Shown here: piece by piece, positions 59,401-64,000 of the stretch
Numbering within the stretch: the first letter of the stretch is position 1
Layout of the letters: each line of letters starts with the position of its first letter
From: Lingula anatina
Lineage: Eukaryota > Animalia > Brachiopoda
Length of the DNA stretch: 64,000 nucleotides
Direction of reading: 5' to 3'
Assembly (NCBI GenBank): GCA_051362555.1
Contig: CM120641.1
Coordinates: 11,718,001-11,782,000, forward strand
Program-made: the position numbers and the translations under genes
Notes under the pieces: generated by a model
What the model was told of the DNA's origin: nothing
Databases searched by the model: none
The model's input: only the letters and a program-made list of their open reading frames with translations

Positions 59401-62262
59401 CTCTGTCTTTTCTATTAAATGACATTTTGTAAATGCAATAGATATCACTAGTTACAAAAAATGTACCTCCTGGAACAGGTATGTCGATTTAAAAAAAAAA
59501 ATCGATAAGCATCAGCATACAGAATTTTTTAACGTATCCATGTAAAGACATTTTGACTCCCACTCAATTAGTGTAAAGAAACTTTGACAAGTAATCTTTA
59601 ACCATCTAAAGTATGATACACAATCTGGTTTGTCACATATAGGCCTATCTGCTTACAGTGGTGATATAGACGGACGGACAAAATGAAGCCAGACAAAATG
59701 CATACCGGCAGAAATGTAAAGTGCAATGGCAAAAAACCTCCTGTTAATGTTAAAAAATAACAACATATATTGATACTTTGATCAGCATGCCTGGCCAGTC
59801 TCACAATGTTATCAATAACCGAATATTGCCAGTTCATACCTAATTTCCTATTTCTTAAGAGAACATAGCAATCGTTTTATCCGATTTGTCACAGTCAAAG
59901 AAATTCTGGCAGTTTTACCAATGCTTGGCTGGAGAAAAATAAGATCGTGGAGGGTAAACTGAGCTCAACACATCCACAGATCGATCTTAAGGTTTTTTGA
60001 TTAGATTCTCTTAGTTTGTGACTTAAATCACCTTTTCGTGTTAAGATGATGGGCAATTATTTATGAAAAATAAAAACCAAGTCGTAGTCTATCGCATTTT
60101 CCTTTAATTAAGAAGCCATTTATTCTGACCTGTAGATGACACTTGTACTATTAACGATCACAATGTATTCAACCTCAAATAAAACGCGTTAAATGGACAA
60201 ATTATTACATCTGTTTTCAATTTAGTGGATTCATTTGTCAAAATATGGCGAAAATAGTACGAATAATACAGAGATTACATCATAATGGCTCAATTTCACG
60301 CCAAACGGTGGCGCCAAATAAAGTGAAGCATGTCCTGGCACACGCAAAAAGGTAATTGGATTTGGAAAAATTGTAAATTTAGTCTGTAGTCAAGACGGAA
60401 AGACGGTCCTAAACAGACCAGAACAGATATTTGATTCTACAAAACTTCACTTATACGTGATCCCAGGGGGAAAGTAATCACTATTGGGAAGCAACAAATT
60501 TGTACGATTTTTTCGAATTTGATTTTAATTTTATCAGAGCGGCCTCACATTCTAAGACAGGAGACTTATTATGTATCTTCATTAATGTGAATGCTTATTG
60601 AGCAAGAGGGCAAACAAAATGATTCCTCGTGGGCAAAGTTGGAAAAGTCTTATACTGGATAATTGTATCTTTAATTTGCTTTCTTTTTAAAACTGAATAA
60701 ATCAGAGAAAGTCCAACCTGGCTTCATTTTGGCTTTCCAGAAAAAGATTCGCCAGAAATTCTAATTTAAATGGAAAGATGGCCACATGACTCAAGTTAAA
60801 TTTCACACACATGGCACTTTTTAAAGTTTCTTGTATATGAGAGAGAACAATGCCTATACCATGCAGTTTCCAGATTTTGAAATACGTGTATTAAAAATTT
60901 GGTATACAATATATACGCCAAAATTCCCCACGAAAAACTGACTCTGCTCTTCTTGTAAAAAGAAAACTAAGAAAGAAAGAAAAGAAAGACAACGCTTCGT
61001 ATTGAAGAGCCAAAACCTTGCAAAAGAAAGAGTTGAACTTTTCTAAATGTGTAGAGTGGCGTCTGTAAATTACAGTATAGCAATCTCTGATGGTGCACAC
61101 ACAATATTACAGTAAAAGCTGTTACTTTCAAAAATATTGTGAACATTAAAACATATACACAAGAAATATTGTATTTTATAGATTTGGATGGAGCTTAATT
61201 TCCATAAAGAGCTAAATGAGTTTGACCACTTTGTAATCGCACGAACATGCCTATTCTTGTTAACCACAGTACATGGCGGGGATTGATCTTATTTATCGCG
61301 AGATTTTATCTGGATTTATTTCAGTAATTGTATATTGATTAGGTATAGAAAGAACAACAACGAGTCTAAGATCCCCTGGCCCATAAGCCTCACTTTATAA
61401 TGACAACATATTAGATCTATTTCTGGAAGCCATTAGCAGATCTATAATGTTAAGGATATACACCAAAAATGTACGGCAGTTTGCTTTGAATTGCTGAATG
61501 ATACACAAAGAATTCTCCACATTTAGGCGATGTTATTTAATTACTTTTTACTGGTATATACGAATGGAATATGCGGATAACAATATCGATAACAGGCACA
61601 GGTGGGATTGTCGCCAGCGTCATTTTTACCTGTTGAAGTACCTTGAAGCGTATAATACTAATGGAGTGTAGAGGGTAAGCGGTGTGTGTTGGAGGGGGGG
61701 ATAATACCGTATTTGCTGCAGATACTTTCACTTAAATTGGTGTAGTTTATTGACAAATGTATGAAGAACAATCAGAAAAACTGATTTTTGATGAAGTCTT
61801 TTATATAGATGTTAGGCGATCTTGTTGACAAAGGCCACTCTCACTCAACCCACTGTATACACTGTGTATTAGATTTGTAAAATGATGAATACAATTCATA
61901 CGAAATAACAAACGGGTTATAGCGTTTTACATTACAATCTAAGTTTAAGAAAAAAATTCTTCCCAATGATTCTATTATTTTCTTTAATTTTATCCCTTTC
62001 TTTTGACAGGATCTCCATACAAAATTCTAAAGACAGTTTGCTTGGTTTACTTTCCTGAAATACCAAAATATATTTGTGCCATATGCATGTTCAGATCCAT
62101 TTGATAAAGCAGAAAGAGTTATTTTGTTTATCTTTGCCGTGGAAGTATTCAAATCTTAAAAGAACATGATTAATATCACCTAACGGTTAGAGTAATTTGA
62201 AGTAACTTTTTCTCTTAATAAAGTCACAATCAAAAGAAATGTACCTTAACCCAAAGTACATA

Positions 62263-62502
62263 CACTGGACAATAGAAGTGTCACCCCCTAAATCAGAGTA
62301 ATCAAAGTTATAATGTCTGGTCTACTATTAATGTGACTAATGAGTATAAAACCGCTGTACCATGGAATTGTATTGTCGGTCTTTTTGTGAAATTTGATGT
62401 TAATAAAATGATGCTAGGAGCATATAATATCATTCCACAGTCATTTATCTCCCCCAAAGACAAGTATTGGTTCAGTAGGGGTGACACTTTTATTGTCCAG
62501 TG
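62263..62502. mobile_element. Tc1/mariner-type MITE with CACTGGACAATA(G/A)AAGTGTCACCCC TIRs
   Basis: TA|CACTGGACAATAGAAGTGTCACCCCCTA ... TAGGGGGTGACACTTTTATTGTCCAGTG|TG; the right TSD appears mutated. Confidence 0.8.
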
Positions 62503-63196
62503 TGTGTACCTAAGAATGAAGATGCAATTTTGTTTCTCCTTCAAACAGGGTGGCCACCAGAAAGAAAACCATTGGCATGACAAGGAAAAAGCCCTGATCC
62601 CTTTCCTTATAAAATAACTTCCTGGCAAAATTAAAATTTTCCATTAACATCTATTATGAATATATCTCCAACATCCTGCAAGAGACATTGTATATTTACT
62701 TTATACAAAACAATGAAACCTGAATATTTCTCTTGTATGTTTGGATTAAGTCTGGCTCGGAGAAATTATTGCCCATGTGAAATGCATATGGCAATTACCG
62801 TCAACATGGTCAGTCTAATTGATTAAGGTGGCAATGATGTTAAGTAAGTGGCTGTATATATCTCAGAGATCCGTATCATTTGATCAAGCTCACAGACATT
62901 TAACGTAACAAGCGATCACACATACATTATTAGTGCAACAACAACAACTATTATAATAATAATAATCGTAAAAATCATTTATATAAAACCATGACTGACA
63001 CAGCGAACCAACTATTTTGCTTTAAGGAACACATTTTGAAAATGTATTCATAACTTTCAGACATCTGACAAATTTTAATTTAAAAACACATCCAAAATGG
63101 CTGCCAAACAAGTAAGAGTGTAGCCAGTGTTTTCAGGAAAAAGATGAATTCCAGCCACTCACGTGTGACATAAAAAGTGTAGTTTTTGATATCTTT

Positions 63197-63234
63197 ATTA
63201 CTTTTGGCAGCTATGATTACTTTTGGCAGCTATG
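63197..63234. repeat. 19-bp tandem duplication ATTACTTTTGGCAGCTATG x2
   Basis: Directly visible. Confidence 0.85.
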
Positions 63235-64000
63235 CCATATATTAATGCACCTCTATCTTGGACGAAAACTAATGCAGTTACATGTAGTATCTTAATGTAT
63301 AACAGAGAAGCTAAGATATCCCTTCCAACACCAGAATTATTTTTTCGTCATGTATCCAAAGTGTTACTGATTGCTTATGGCTTCTCTTGTATCAGTATCT
63401 GTTCTATTAAACAAAGGCAATGTTTCGCCTCTTTACTGACAAAATCAGAAGTATGCATTTCAAGAATATTTGCTGACACCAGGTTGTTCTACTCATTGTT
63501 GTGATGAAATAAATAGACGTTAAAAGCGACATTGATAGCTGTTTAGGTGAGGTAGATTTGTTTAAAAGCGATATTACAGTTTTTACCCCAAAAACATCTT
63601 TATCTCGAAATAGCAAATTCGCCCGGAAGCATTTTTGATGCAATGGCATGAATTCTCATAATGTTTATTTCCGCAAGGAAAAATCACATCATTCCGAACC
63701 CTGTTAAAGAACATCATCTATTCTTTCTCATGCATGTACACTGTATGTGGTTCCTGCATGTGGTTCCGTCCATAGCACATTAAAATACCCAAAGAGGCAG
63801 ATATGCAAATAACGCAGCTATTTTCTAACAAGAAAAATATTTCTTATTATGCCTTACCCTGCACCATAGACCGGTATTTTCCCTACGGACGTTAAAAGAC
63901 AGAACTTATAATCAAGTCCCCATCAACTAATTACTGTTGAAGGAATCGGTTTATGCACATTTAAACCTTCACATTTATGACACTCAAATGTGATGTTGTA

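Noticed and set aside
56700-64000. Short ORFs in the last 7 kb
   Set aside because: No convincing exon chain or domain; the region looks intergenic, with MITE and Helitron-like debris.

Overview
This is eukaryotic, intron-rich, AT-rich animal genomic DNA. It is probably from a marine invertebrate (lophotrochozoan-like), which is an inference from gene content and repeat style. Five protein-coding genes were rebuilt by hand from splice sites and reading-frame phase: (1) the 3' part of SEL1L (+, 13 exons, 324-6197); (2) a 6-exon death-domain protein with a TRADD-N/DEDD-C-like middle domain (-, 8458-13704, ~583 aa); (3) a type II membrane CHST-family sulfotransferase with a furin site and a long acidic C-terminal tail (+, 16163-18810, ~641 aa); (4) a 22-exon receptor guanylyl cyclase (+, 21383-50403, ~1266 aa); (5) an ANKRD34-like ankyrin protein (+, 55001-56465). 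Introns and intergenic DNA hold many MITEs (TA, TAA/TTA and 5-bp TSDs, one nested pair) and two heavily decayed Tc1/mariner transposase relics. The most notable observations are a 42-bp duplication that creates a second, stop-containing splice acceptor in SEL1L, the architectures of the death-domain protein and the sulfotransferase, roughly 10-fold excess TACATGTA/TAGGCCTA words resembling transposon excision footprints, and a CpG-depleted domain confined to SEL1L. No rRNA, tRNA or CRISPR was seen, and I cannot claim a clearly new multi-gene system.
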